This document shows positions 17,868-27,361 of a DNA stretch of 64,000 nucleotides, piece after piece. Each line of letters begins with the position of its first letter. The first letter of the stretch is position 1. The position numbers and the translations under genes are program-made. Below the pieces are notes generated by a model. The model was not told where the DNA came from. It saw only the letters and a list, made by a program, of their open reading frames with translations, and did no database searches. The stretch is from Pseudomonadota bacterium (lineage in GTDB: Bacteria > Verrucomicrobiota > Verrucomicrobiia > Limisphaerales > SXTU01), in contig RFSE01000011.1 in the NCBI GenBank assembly GCA_009924135.1, positions 921 through 64,920 on the forward strand. Reading direction: 5' to 3'.

Positions 17868-19238
17868 ATGCAACCGGTCCTCGATTACCTCACCGCCAAC
17901 GAAGCACGCTTCCTGAGCGAACTCTGCGACTACCTCCGCTTCCCCAGCGTGTCCGCCCAGCCGCAGCACAAGCCCGATCTGGAACGCTGCGCCGCCTGGA
18001 TCGCAGACCACTGCCGCGCCATCGGCCTCGCAGTCGAGGTGTGTCCCACGCCTGGCAACCCGATCGTCCTGGCCCGCACGCCGCGCCGCGCCGGCACGCG
18101 CAAGCCGCACTATGTCGTCTATGGTCACTACGACGTCCAGCCGCCCGAGCCGCTCGAACTCTGGAAGTCGCCACCGTTCGAGCCGCGCATCGACGGCTGC
18201 AACCTCTTCGCCCGCGGTTCCTGCGATAACAAGGGCCAGCACTTCGCCCACTTGAAGGCGGTCGAAGCCTATTTGAAGACCGGCACCGAGCTGCCGTGCG
18301 ACCTCACATTCCTTATCGAGGGCGAAGAGGAAATCGGCTGCGAAAACCTCGCGCCCTTCCTGCGGGCCAGAAAGAAAGACCTGCGTTGTGAAGCCTTCGT
18401 CATTTCCGATAACGGCCTGCCCAGCAAGAAGCACCCCGCGCTCACCTACGCGCTGCGCGGCATTCTCGCCGTGGAAATCCGCCTCGACGGGCCGAACCGC
18501 GACCTGCACTCCGGCCTCTTTGGCGGCGCGGTGGACAATCCGGCCATGGCTCTCGCACAGATGCTCGCCAAACTCCGCGACAAAAACGGTCGCGTGACCG
18601 TCCCGGGCTTCTACGACGACGTCGCGCCGCTCTCCAAATACGAGCGGGCGATGCTGGCCAAACTGCCGGGCAACGAAACGACTTTCCGCAAACTGGTCGG
18701 GGTGCCGGAGCTGTTCGGCGAGCAGGGTTTCACCAGCACTGAACGCCGCACCGCGCGTCCGACCTGCGAGATCAACGGCCTCACCAGCGGTTATCAGGGC
18801 GAGGGCAGCAAGACCATTGTGCCCGCCTGGGCCCGGGCCAAGCTGACCTTCCGCCTCGTACCGGACATGGACCCGAAAAAACTTCAGAAGGCCATCGTAG
18901 CGCACCTCAAGTCGCTGTGTCCGCCCAGTTGCAAGCTGACGGTGGATGCCGGTCACGCGGGCGAACCCTATCTCGTCCAACCGGACAGTCCGCGTGCGCA
19001 GGCCGCGTTGCGGGCTCTCCGGGACGCCTTCGGCTGCGAACCGGTGCTCATGCGCGAGGGCGGCTCCATCCCCATCGTGAACGATTTCAAGCGCATCCTC
19101 GGTGTCGAGACGCTGCTCCTGGGCCTCTCGCTCCCCGATGACAACGCGCATTCGCCGAACGAGAAGTTCGACCTCGACTGCTTCCACGCCGGCATGCGCA
19201 TGAGCGCGCGGCTCTGGCCGGAACTGGCGAAAGTGTAA
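17868..19238 (+). CDS. M20 family metallopeptidase (dipeptidase / ArgE-DapE-CPG2 type)
   Basis: Trimmed to ATG 17868 (MQPVLDYLTANEARFLSEL). Motifs YGHYDVQP, ARGSCDNKGQ, FLIEGEEEIG, DDNAHSPNEKF. Confidence 0.85.
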   Translation: MQPVLDYLTANEARFLSELCDYLRFPSVSAQPQHKPDLERCAAWIADHCRAIGLAVEVCPTPGNPIVLARTPRRAGTRKPHYVVYGHYDVQPPEPLELWKSPPFEPRIDGCNLFARGSCDNKGQHFAHLKAVEAYLKTGTELPCDLTFLIEGEEEIGCENLAPFLRARKKDLRCEAFVISDNGLPSKKHPALTYALRGILAVEIRLDGPNRDLHSGLFGGAVDNPAMALAQMLAKLRDKNGRVTVPGFYDDVAPLSKYERAMLAKLPGNETTFRKLVGVPELFGEQGFTSTERRTARPTCEINGLTSGYQGEGSKTIVPAWARAKLTFRLVPDMDPKKLQKAIVAHLKSLCPPSCKLTVDAGHAGEPYLVQPDSPRAQAALRALRDAFGCEPVLMREGGSIPIVNDFKRILGVETLLLGLSLPDDNAHSPNEKFDLDCFHAGMRMSARLWPELAKV

Positions 19239-19241
19239 CTT

Positions 19242-19355
19242 CCGTAGTCGCAGGTTTCAGCCTGTGCGTCGGTCAAAGTCGCAGGTTACGCACCGGGGTA
19301 ATCAGTGACACATACTGCTCATTCCCGCCGCTGCGGACGTGGGCGTCCGCGTTCC
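19242..19355. repeat. REP-like hairpin motifs in the M20/esterase convergent spacer
   Basis: ccgtagtcgcaggtttcagcctg (19242-19264; inverted near-copy at 23547-23566), gtgcgt...acgcac, and ctgcggacgtgggcgtccgcgttcc (19331-19355). Confidence 0.7.
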
Positions 19356-19374
19356 AACTGCGTGCCTTCCCAGA

Positions 19375-20889
19375 CTACTTGTCCGTTCGAAACGGTGACG
19401 CTGGCAGACCCGCGCCGTTGTAGAGATTGCACGTCGGCCAGTTCTCCCACGCGTAACGCGCCGCCACGGGCGCTTTCACGTCCGGGTGCGAGACGATGAC
19501 CGTGTCGCCTACGATCCGGGCCTGGGCGGGCTTCCACTGGTTGTCTGCCCCGGCGACGACAAAGCCTTTCAACTCACCGCCCTTGGCGACCAATCCGCCG
19601 TCGGTGTGCGTGAAGCGCAGCACCACTTCGCTGCCCTTCACTTCATGGCCGGCCGGCAGGGGTCCGCTGGTGGCGACCTTTTGACCGTACACGCTGCCCA
19701 GCGCCCAGACGGCGAGGCGGCGTCCCACCTCTTGTTTGTTCTTCGGGTGGATGTCCTTTTCCTCACCGACGTCGATGGTGATGGCCATGCCGGTGTCCTT
19801 CAATTTGAGCGTCTGCAACATGGCTTCACGCACGCCGGGCCAGTCACGACCGACAGCTCCAAAGTTCGGGAGCTGCACCCAGGCGAAGGGGAAATCGTAG
19901 CCCCAGCGTTTACGCCAGTCAGTGACCAGCAGGGAAAGCTGGTGGTGGTAGAAGCCGGCTCTCTCCGGAGTGGAGTTGGCCTCGCCCTGATACCACAACG
20001 CGCCCCGGATGGCGTAGGGAATAAGCGGAGCAATCTTGCCGTTGAAGAGGCCGCCGAGATTGCCTTTACGCTCGGCCACGCTGGCGGGGTCGATGGGACG
20101 CCGCGGCGCGGGCCTGCCTTCGGCCTTGGCCTTGGCGCCGGCTTCCTTCCATTTGGCAACGTCAGTTTCATACTTCGCCTTGGCCTGCTCGGGGTCCACA
20201 GGCTTGGCCGGCTTTTTGGCCGTGTCTAGGAAAGCCTTGAGTTCCGGGGCGGCCTGCTGCGTTTCGGGCGCAATCCACGATTCAATTGGCGTGCCACCCA
20301 CCGAAGAGTTGATGAGGCCGACCGGGACATTCAGCGATTTGTGAATCTCCCGGCCGAAGAAGTACGCCGTGGCGGAGAAGCGCCCGACGCTCTCCGGCGA
20401 GCAGATGACCCACTCGCCCTTGCCCACGGTCTGCGCAGTGTTCGCGGCGGGGGAACCTTCGGTGAACATGCGGATGAACGGATACTTCGCCGCAGCCTGC
20501 TCCTGCTCGTAATCCTTCGCCCGGCTGACCTGCATGGCCATGTTCGATTGCCCGGAACCCAGCCACACTTCCCCGATGAGCACGTCGGAATAAGTGAGCG
20601 TGTTCGCGCCCTTCACGGTGAGCGTCTGCGGACCGGCGGCGGAGAGCTTGGTGAGTTTCACGGACCACTTGCCATCGGGCCCAGCCTTCGTGGAAGCACT
20701 TTGGCCGGCGATGGTGACGGTGACTTCCTCACCCGGTGCGGCGGTACCCCAGACCGGCACGGCGGAGTCGCGCTGAAGAACCATGTGATCGCCAAAAATG
20801 GCCGGGAGCTTCACGTCGGCACGCGCGGTGACGACGAGCAGCAGGGCCAGGACTGCGGGCGTGACAAGGATGGCGGAGCGGCGTTTCAT
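19375..20889 (-). CDS. sialate O-acetylesterase-like SGNH/DUF303 carbohydrate esterase, secreted
   Basis: ORF 19375..21690 trimmed to ATG 20889 (MKRRSAILVTPAVLALLLVVTARA; alternative ATG 20910). Contains LPAIFGDHMVLQR...VWGTA...GEVWLGSGQSNMA and WYQGEAN. Confidence 0.8.
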   Translation of the reverse strand: MKRRSAILVTPAVLALLLVVTARADVKLPAIFGDHMVLQRDSAVPVWGTAAPGEEVTVTIAGQSASTKAGPDGKWSVKLTKLSAAGPQTLTVKGANTLTYSDVLIGEVWLGSGQSNMAMQVSRAKDYEQEQAAAKYPFIRMFTEGSPAANTAQTVGKGEWVICSPESVGRFSATAYFFGREIHKSLNVPVGLINSSVGGTPIESWIAPETQQAAPELKAFLDTAKKPAKPVDPEQAKAKYETDVAKWKEAGAKAKAEGRPAPRRPIDPASVAERKGNLGGLFNGKIAPLIPYAIRGALWYQGEANSTPERAGFYHHQLSLLVTDWRKRWGYDFPFAWVQLPNFGAVGRDWPGVREAMLQTLKLKDTGMAITIDVGEEKDIHPKNKQEVGRRLAVWALGSVYGQKVATSGPLPAGHEVKGSEVVLRFTHTDGGLVAKGGELKGFVVAGADNQWKPAQARIVGDTVIVSHPDVKAPVAARYAWENWPTCNLYNGAGLPASPFRTDK

Positions 20890-20919
20890 GGGGACGTAAG
20901 CACTGAACATATTGTTGCC

Positions 20920-21783
20920 ATGAATGGACCCTTCCTCGCCTGGTTTGGTTACAGCTATCGGTGGCTGGGCCTTGCATTCCTCCTGACCGTGACGACCGCC
21001 ACGGCGGCGGAGCCCAAACGCTTGCTGATCCTCGGGCAGGGTCCGGACGGCCATCCGCCGGGCACGCATGAGTTCATGCCCGGCGCGCGGATCGTGGAGC
21101 GCCTGCTCAAACCCTTCCCTGCCGTCCACGCAACCATCGTGCGCGCGGACGAGCCTTGGACCGATGGCCCGGCGTTGCTGGACCATGCCGATGGCGTCGT
21201 GCTGCTGGTGACGCAGGGCGCACAGTTCATGCAGATGACCCCGGAACGATATGGGGCGTTCAAGCGGCTCGCCGCGCGGCAAGGCGGCATCGTGGCCTTG
21301 CACTGGGCCGTGGGGGCAAAGGACGCCCAGTTCATCCAAGGCCAGCTCGACTTGCTCGGCGGGACCCGCGGCGGCACCCAACGCAAATACAAGGTGCTCG
21401 AAACCGATGTGACCGTCGTCACGAAGGACCATCCGGTGGTGGCGGGCATTGGGAACTTCCGGGTGCACGACGAGTTTTACTACCGGCTCGACCTCAAGAC
21501 CGGCGCGCCAGGCTTCACGCCGCTGCTCACCGCGCGCGTGGACGACGGGGACGAAGTCGCAAGCTGGGCCTGGCAACGGCCTGACGGCGGGCGGTCCTTT
21601 GGTTATGTGGGCATTCACTTTCACGTCCACTGGGGGCGTGCGGACTACCAGCGGCTCGTCACCCAGGGCGTGCTGTGGACACTGGGCCAACCCATCCCGA
21701 AGGACGGCGTGCCCGTGGGCGTCGAACCTGCCGTTCTGGAACTCAAACAGTCTGAAAATCCGGTGAAGCCCGCCAAAAAATGA
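20920..21783 (+). CDS. ThuA-domain protein (trehalose-utilisation-like, class I GATase fold)
   Basis: Trimmed to ATG 20920 (MNGPFLAWFGYSYRWLGLAFLLTVTTATAAEPKRLLILGQGPDGHPPGTHEF...). The ending WTLGQP is typical of ThuA-like PVC proteins. Confidence 0.75.
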   Translation: MNGPFLAWFGYSYRWLGLAFLLTVTTATAAEPKRLLILGQGPDGHPPGTHEFMPGARIVERLLKPFPAVHATIVRADEPWTDGPALLDHADGVVLLVTQGAQFMQMTPERYGAFKRLAARQGGIVALHWAVGAKDAQFIQGQLDLLGGTRGGTQRKYKVLETDVTVVTKDHPVVAGIGNFRVHDEFYYRLDLKTGAPGFTPLLTARVDDGDEVASWAWQRPDGGRSFGYVGIHFHVHWGRADYQRLVTQGVLWTLGQPIPKDGVPVGVEPAVLELKQSENPVKPAKK

Positions 21784-23240
21784 ACGCCCAGTTTCTCCGT
21801 CTCTTCGCGTATCTCGTCGTTGGCTTGGTAACGCTCACCCAGGCCCGCGCACAAACGTCCCCTGCCCCGGCGGCGAAGACCAAGGTGTTCCGTGCCGGGG
21901 CCGCCACGAGCAACATCACGCCCCCGATCGGCGGTGCGATAATTGGCGGCTTTCATCCGTTCCCCTCCACGCACATTCACGACGAGCTGAATGTGCGCTG
22001 TCTCGTCCTCGACAACGGCGAGACGCGCCTTGCGCTCGTCGTGTGCGACCTGCTCGGCGCCTCGCGCGAGGTCTTCGACGAGGCGCGGCGGCTGGTAACC
22101 GAGGAGACCGGTCTGCCCGGCGCGCACCTGTTCATGTCCGCCACGCACACGCACTCGGCCACCAGCGCCCTGGGCACCAACCGGTTCAAGATCAACAACC
22201 CGCTCGACGACTACCAGGCCTTCGTTGCGCGCCGCATCGCCGACGGCGTGCGCCGCGCGATCAACCACCTCGCCCCGGCCCGCATCGGCTGGGCCACGGG
22301 CAGTGAACCGAGGCACGTGTTCAACCGCCGATGGTATCTCAAGCCCGGCACGATGCCGATGAACCCCTTTGGCAGCACCAATGATCTCGTGAAAATGAAT
22401 CCCGGCCGCGCGAGCAAGGACCTCGATCATCCCGCCGGTCCGACGGACCCCGAAGTCTGTCTCCTCAGCGTCCAAACCCCGGAAGGCCGGCCGATCGCGG
22501 TGCTCGCGAACTACTCGTTGCACTACGTTGGCGGCGTCGGCACCGGCCACATCTCGGCGGATTACTATGCGATGTTTTGCGACCGCCTGCAGCAGTTGCT
22601 CGGGGCTGACCGGCAGACACCCGCCTTTGTCGGCCTGCTCGCCAATGGCACCAGTGGCAACATCAACAACATCGATTTCACCAAGCCCGGCGTGAAGCAG
22701 GAGAACTACGCGCAGATGCGGCTCGTGGCCAACGACCTCGCGCAAACCGCCTTCAAATCGCTCGAAGACATCACCTACAGCGACTGGGTGCCGCTCGGCG
22801 GGCAGTTGCGCGAACTCGAAGTAGGCACCCGCCGCCCGACTCCCGAGCAGGTCAGCCACGCAAAAGACGTCCTCGCCCGCCCCAAGACTCTCCCGCGCGC
22901 GGCGACCCTCGAAGAGATTTACGCCGAACGCACTCTCGGCATGGCCGCCTATCCCGCGCGCCTCAACATCCCCATTCAGGCCCTGCGCGTGGGCGACGTC
23001 GGCATCACGGGCATCCCGTGCGAAACGTTCGTCGAGACCGGTCTGGAGCTGAAGGCCCGCAACCCGTTCAAGCCAAGTTTCACGCACTCCATCGCGAACG
23101 GCTACTACGGCTACCTGCCCACGCCCGAGCAACATCGGCTCGGCGGCTACGAAACCTGGCTGGGGACCAACCGCCTGGAAGAGCAGGCCTCCGTACAAAT
23201 CGTGACCGCGCTCCTGGAAATGCTCGCGAAGCTCAAGTAG
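21780..23240 (+). CDS. neutral/alkaline ceramidase N-terminal-domain-like hydrolase, secreted
   Basis: Signal peptide, then RAGAATSNITPPIGGAIIGGF...HDELNVRCLVLDNGETRLALVVCDL...MSATHTHSA. Its ATG overlaps the ThuA stop (ATGA at 21780-21783). Confidence 0.6.
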   Translation: MNAQFLRLFAYLVVGLVTLTQARAQTSPAPAAKTKVFRAGAATSNITPPIGGAIIGGFHPFPSTHIHDELNVRCLVLDNGETRLALVVCDLLGASREVFDEARRLVTEETGLPGAHLFMSATHTHSATSALGTNRFKINNPLDDYQAFVARRIADGVRRAINHLAPARIGWATGSEPRHVFNRRWYLKPGTMPMNPFGSTNDLVKMNPGRASKDLDHPAGPTDPEVCLLSVQTPEGRPIAVLANYSLHYVGGVGTGHISADYYAMFCDRLQQLLGADRQTPAFVGLLANGTSGNINNIDFTKPGVKQENYAQMRLVANDLAQTAFKSLEDITYSDWVPLGGQLRELEVGTRRPTPEQVSHAKDVLARPKTLPRAATLEEIYAERTLGMAAYPARLNIPIQALRVGDVGITGIPCETFVETGLELKARNPFKPSFTHSIANGYYGYLPTPEQHRLGGYETWLGTNRLEEQASVQIVTALLEMLAKLK

Positions 23241-23380
23241 CCGGAGCGCCGCTCTCCGACCCGGCGCGTTTCGCCGGCCCTAACTCCCTCCGTAGCCGAA
23301 GCCTTCAGGTTGCGGCGGTCAGACGCTGCTCGCGCGCGGGTTGAACCCAAAATCCGAAGCAGCGCGGTAAACCGATGCAG

Positions 23381-23515
23381 GTAGCGCAGGCTTGCAGCCT
23401 GCTGTTTCGCGGGTTTTCAACCCGCTGACGGCACCCACTTTTACGGGCCGCTCGGTGCGCAAGACGCCCTGCCGGCTACAAGCCGGCGAAACAGCAGACT
23501 GCAAGTCTGCGCTAC
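23381..23515. repeat. 33-bp imperfect inverted repeat (gtagcgcaggcttgcagcctgctgtttcgc type) with internal hairpins
   Basis: 23381-23413 versus the reverse complement of 23483-23515 matches at 30 of 33 positions by hand. Each arm contains its own palindrome. Internal hairpins are gcgggtt-ttc-aacccgc and gccggct-aca-agccggc. Confidence 0.8.
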
Positions 23516-23584
23516 AATGGATGGCCCTCCCGACTTCGGCGTTAGGGCTGAAGCCTGCGACTACGGCAGCGGGATTGCACCCGC

Positions 23585-24916
23585 TCAGTCCTTCTTCCCC
23601 GCCGCCGGCGTCACCGCGGGCGTATTGCTCCAACGCCACTGCGTCAAACCCTTGAGATCACGCACAAACACCTCCTCACCACTTACGACGACATGCGCCC
23701 ACGCTTCCGCTTCCGCAACCTTGCGCGAGTCGATCACGTTGAACTTCTCCGGCGTGGCCTGTAGCAGGAACAACGTTCCCCGCTCGTCCAGCGCGAGCAA
23801 CCGGTCCGCGTTGGCCACGAGGCTCCAGTATTTGCCAAAACTTTTGTCACTCACCCAGCACTCCTTGCCCGTCTTCAGCTCGAAGCACGTGATGCGCTGG
23901 CTCTTGAGATGCTCGTAAATGTGCCCGTTCACGAGCACGGGAGTGGACATGTAGCCTTGTGCCTTATGCGTCCACGCGGGTTCGAGCCGGAACCGCCCCG
24001 CCGCCTCGATCACCCGGAACGCGACGGTTTTCCCGCCGTAGGTGCTGGTGAAGACCAAGTCGTCCTGCACGATGGGCGTCAGGATGTTCATCCCGCGAAA
24101 CGCCTCGACCGGCTGCGTCCACAGCGCCTTGCCGGTCTCCAGCTCCAACCCGGCCAGCAACTGCCGCGTCTGCACCACGAGCTGGCGCTTGCCACCCAGG
24201 GTGGCGATGACCGGCGATGAAAACACGCTGCCCCACATCCCGCCCTCATCGGCGAGACTCCGCCAACGCTGCTTGCCCGCGCGCTTGTCGAGGCACACGA
24301 CCGCCGCCCCGGCCTGCGTGTAAACAAACTCGCCGTCCACGAGCGGGGAAGACACATAACCAAACGCCGGCACGGGAGCCTTGGCCTCCGCCGGGAAATC
24401 CACGCGCCAACGCACCTTGCCCGTGGCCGCTTCCAGGCACACGAGGACATCGCGTATCCCCGCAACGTACAAACTCTCGCCATCACAAGCCGGGGTGGCG
24501 CGAATCCAGTCGCCGTTGGACTTCGCGAAGAACGGGACGGACAACGCCCCTTCCCATTGCGCCCGCCACAGCTCCTTGCCCGTCGCCCGGTTCAGCGCCC
24601 GCACTACCTCGTGCTTCCGGTCCACCGTCTCGGTGACGAACACCCGGTCACCCACGACCAGCGGCGTGGAGTAACCCGGCCCCAGTTCGACCCGCCAGCG
24701 CATGGCCAGATGCTCGGGCTTCAGATCCGCCGGCCAAGCGGGACCGCTCGTGTACCCGTCGCGCGCCGGCCCGCGCCACTGCGGCCAGTCCGGCACTGCG
24801 GCCAGACTCCCCGCCCCGCTCAAGCTCAGCACCAAACCCGCGAGCCAGACACGCCACTGCCATCGAACAAGAAATGATTTCACGCCGGGCGCAAAGCTAG
24901 GCGGAGAAGGGGCCAA
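23585..24916 (-). CDS. PQQ-like beta-propeller repeat protein, secreted (paralog of 12849..14270)
   Basis: Contains DWPQWRGPARDG and repeated propeller blades. The start is uncertain (TTG 24916 or GTG 24883). Confidence 0.8.
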   Translation of the reverse strand: MAPSPPSFAPGVKSFLVRWQWRVWLAGLVLSLSGAGSLAAVPDWPQWRGPARDGYTSGPAWPADLKPEHLAMRWRVELGPGYSTPLVVGDRVFVTETVDRKHEVVRALNRATGKELWRAQWEGALSVPFFAKSNGDWIRATPACDGESLYVAGIRDVLVCLEAATGKVRWRVDFPAEAKAPVPAFGYVSSPLVDGEFVYTQAGAAVVCLDKRAGKQRWRSLADEGGMWGSVFSSPVIATLGGKRQLVVQTRQLLAGLELETGKALWTQPVEAFRGMNILTPIVQDDLVFTSTYGGKTVAFRVIEAAGRFRLEPAWTHKAQGYMSTPVLVNGHIYEHLKSQRITCFELKTGKECWVSDKSFGKYWSLVANADRLLALDERGTLFLLQATPEKFNVIDSRKVAEAEAWAHVVVSGEEVFVRDLKGLTQWRWSNTPAVTPAAGKKD

Positions 24917-25108
24917 GTCAAATTAACGGGCAAGCTGACCCGCACAGCGGAGTCCACCTGCCACAAGCAGCAAAAACCCGGCGATCCATACGACCATCGA
25001 TTGAAACGATGGCACCCCCAACTCTTATCGATTACCTCCAAGACAGGGCGATCACACAATCTCTGCGCGTGAAGTCCACGTTCCGAATGCACACCGTGGG
25101 CCGCTCAC

Positions 25109-25146
25109 GCGGAAGCGTTTCCAGAGCACCCTGGAAACGCTTCCGC
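25109..25146. repeat. perfect 16-bp stem / 6-nt loop hairpin in a divergent spacer
   Basis: gcggaagcgtttccag agcacc ctggaaacgcttccgc. No flanking T-run on either strand. Confidence 0.85.
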
Positions 25147-25424
25147 TCCACCCCTGGAGGAGCTCAACGAACCTCGAATTCCGGCGACTTCAACCCGTCG
25201 ATTTTTGAATTGCCCGGGGCTGTTTGGACTAAAAGCTTCCTCCAATATTCCTGCCCAAAATCTTCCTGCCATAAGTTCGGCTCCTGAAATTGCGATGCAG
25301 ACGATTGGTGCCGAGGAAAACCAGCGCGAGACCGTCCCTTTTACCTTTTTACTTTTTCCTTTTGCCTTCGCCCCGCGCCCAATTTCCGCTGGCCCACCCC
25401 GGCCCCGGTCTTTAAAACAGCCGC

Positions 25425-26645
25425 ATGAAATTCGCCCTGCGTCAATTTGCCCTGGCCGCCGTACTCACCGGCCTGCTGGTTTCCTCCACCTTCGCCGCAT
25501 CCAAATCCGATCCCGCCGCCGAAAAGCTCAAGGCCATCCCGCAGCGGATGCAGGAGTTCGTGGACCGTCAGTATGTCTCCGGCGCGGTGACGCTCGTGGC
25601 GCAAAACGGCAAGGTCGTGGCGCTGGACGCGGTGGGTTATTCCGACCTCAAAGCCAAAAAGCCGATGCGCACGGATGATTTGTTCTGGATCGCCTCCATG
25701 ACCAAGCCCATCACGGGCACCGCCATCCTGATGTTGCAGGATCAGGGCAAGCTCTCGGTGGACGACGAGGTGGAGAAGTTCCTGCCGGAGTTCAAGGGGC
25801 AGATGATGCTCGTGACCAAGAATGCCGAGGCCACCGTGCTCAAGAAGCCCGGCCGACGCATCACCATCCGCGACCTGCTCACGCACACCGCCGGCCTGAA
25901 CAGCGACGTGCCGGAAACGGGCCGCGACCTGATGCTCGGCGAGCGCACGCTGGCCTATGCGCTCCAGCCGTTGTCCTTCGAGCCGGGCAGCAAGTGGAGT
26001 TACAGCAACCCCGGCATCAACACGCTGGGCCGCATCGTGGAGGTGGTGTCGGGCCAGAACTTCGCGGACTTCCTCGACGCCCGCCTTTTCAAACCCCTCG
26101 GCATGAAGGACACGACCTTCTGGCCCTCCGAAGCGCAGGCGCGGCGCGTGGCGAAGGCCTACCAGCCCGGCCCGGACAACAAGGGACTGGTGGAAGTGGA
26201 CAATTACTTTCTCAAGGGCCTGCCGCTGACCGCGCGCTGGCGCACGCCGATTCCAGCGGGCGGCCTTTACTCCACGGCCCCGGACCTGGCGAAGTTCTAC
26301 CTGATGATGCTGAACGGCGGCGAGGCCAACGGCCGGCGCTACCTCTCGAAGGCCGCACACCAGCAGCTCACGACCACCCAGTCGGGCAACATCAAGACAG
26401 GTTTCACGGAGGGGATGAGCTGGGGCTTTGGTTTCCAAGTGGTGAAGGAGCCGCAGGGCGTCACGGCGATGCTCGCTCCGGGCACCTATGGCCACGGCGG
26501 CGCCTACGCGACGCAGAGCTGGGCGGACCCGAAGAGCGGGACGGTTTACATCCTCATGATCCAGCGCGCGAAACTGCCCAACGGCGACGGCTCCGAAATC
26601 CGCAAGGTATTTCAGGAGACGGCAGCGGGGGTGCTGGGGAAATAA
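25425..26645 (+). CDS. serine hydrolase, beta-lactamase/penicillin-binding family (class C-like), secreted
   Basis: Signal peptide MKFALRQFALAAVLTGLLVSSTFA, an SxxK motif (IASMTKP), and downstream YSN. Confidence 0.85.
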   Translation: MKFALRQFALAAVLTGLLVSSTFAASKSDPAAEKLKAIPQRMQEFVDRQYVSGAVTLVAQNGKVVALDAVGYSDLKAKKPMRTDDLFWIASMTKPITGTAILMLQDQGKLSVDDEVEKFLPEFKGQMMLVTKNAEATVLKKPGRRITIRDLLTHTAGLNSDVPETGRDLMLGERTLAYALQPLSFEPGSKWSYSNPGINTLGRIVEVVSGQNFADFLDARLFKPLGMKDTTFWPSEAQARRVAKAYQPGPDNKGLVEVDNYFLKGLPLTARWRTPIPAGGLYSTAPDLAKFYLMMLNGGEANGRRYLSKAAHQQLTTTQSGNIKTGFTEGMSWGFGFQVVKEPQGVTAMLAPGTYGHGGAYATQSWADPKSGTVYILMIQRAKLPNGDGSEIRKVFQETAAGVLGK

Positions 26646-26687
26646 TCCAAAAGCCGTCCATCAACCGCTCAGCGCATCGCATGAACG

Positions 26688-27089
26688 ATGAAGAGAAACC
26701 ATATCATCATCTTCCGCGTGCTCGCTGCATTGATCATCGCCTACGCCGTCTCGATCATTCCCAATTTCCACCGCCGTTCAGAATGGGATCGTGCGATTAG
26801 CGCTCTGCAAAGCCTGCCACGGGAACATGTTGTTTCAGCCATTGAAGGGTTCGTAAAGACACAGAATGCTCAAAACCGGACGATTGCGAACATGGTTTCC
26901 CTTCGTGAACTTGTTTCCACCGGATTTATACGGGCCGAAGCAACTGCACCATTCAGCGACATGGATGTTACGTTTGCCACCAAGGTGGACGTGACACGTC
27001 CAGACCTGATTTTGATTCGCGTGCGGCTGCCCAGCGGAGATGTGGTTGTCGAACTGACCGATGGCAGCATTCAAAAGTTAGCCCAATGA
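26688..27089 (+). CDS. hypothetical membrane-anchored protein
   Basis: 133 aa with an N-terminal TM (IIIFRVLAALIIAYAVSIIP), in a stretch of about 50% GC. No family recognised. Confidence 0.45.
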   Translation: MKRNHIIIFRVLAALIIAYAVSIIPNFHRRSEWDRAISALQSLPREHVVSAIEGFVKTQNAQNRTIANMVSLRELVSTGFIRAEATAPFSDMDVTFATKVDVTRPDLILIRVRLPSGDVVVELTDGSIQKLAQ

Positions 27090-27183
27090 ATGCGCGCACC
27101 CACCTTCAAACTGGTAAACCCGGTGTGGTTGGAAACCGGTAATCTTCAAACCACCACTTACCGGGTGCATCTTGGCACCGCCC

Positions 27184-27318
27184 CGGAGCGCGGCTGTGTC
27201 CCGCTCGGCGCGGGATCAGCCGCAGCAACGTCAGAAGGCCGAGCGGGAGCGGAACGCTGCACCAACTCCGGTCAGGCGCAGCCGCTGCGGCTGGTCTCCG
27301 CGACACAGCCGCGCTCCG
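27184..27318. repeat. 135-bp long imperfect hairpin (REP/MITE-like) between convergent genes
   Basis: cggagcgcggctgtgtc (27184-27200) is the exact reverse complement of gacacagccgcgctccg (27302-27318). A second stem pairs cagccgcagc (27217-27226) with gctgcggctg (27284-27293). Confidence 0.85.
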
Positions 27319-27361
27319 GAAGTTTTCGTTCCTCGGGGGCAGTGTCGAGATGCGCCACCAC

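Noticed and set aside
19242-23566. A 21-bp inverted repeat (ccgtagtcgcaggtttcagcc at 19242 and ggctgaagcctgcgactacgg at 23547, 20 of 21 matching) bracketing the esterase/ThuA/ceramidase-like genes, considered as a composite transposon.
   Set aside because: The motif is itself a small palindrome of the REP type and has a further variant at 23296-23320. There is no transposase and no visible target-site duplication. Chance flanking by an abundant repeat is more likely.
25009-25287. Small ORFs in the 24.9-25.4 kb spacer (92 aa on the plus strand, 70 aa on the minus strand).
   Set aside because: They have no recognisable motifs, mutually overlapping frames, no convincing start context, and a composition consistent with non-coding DNA.
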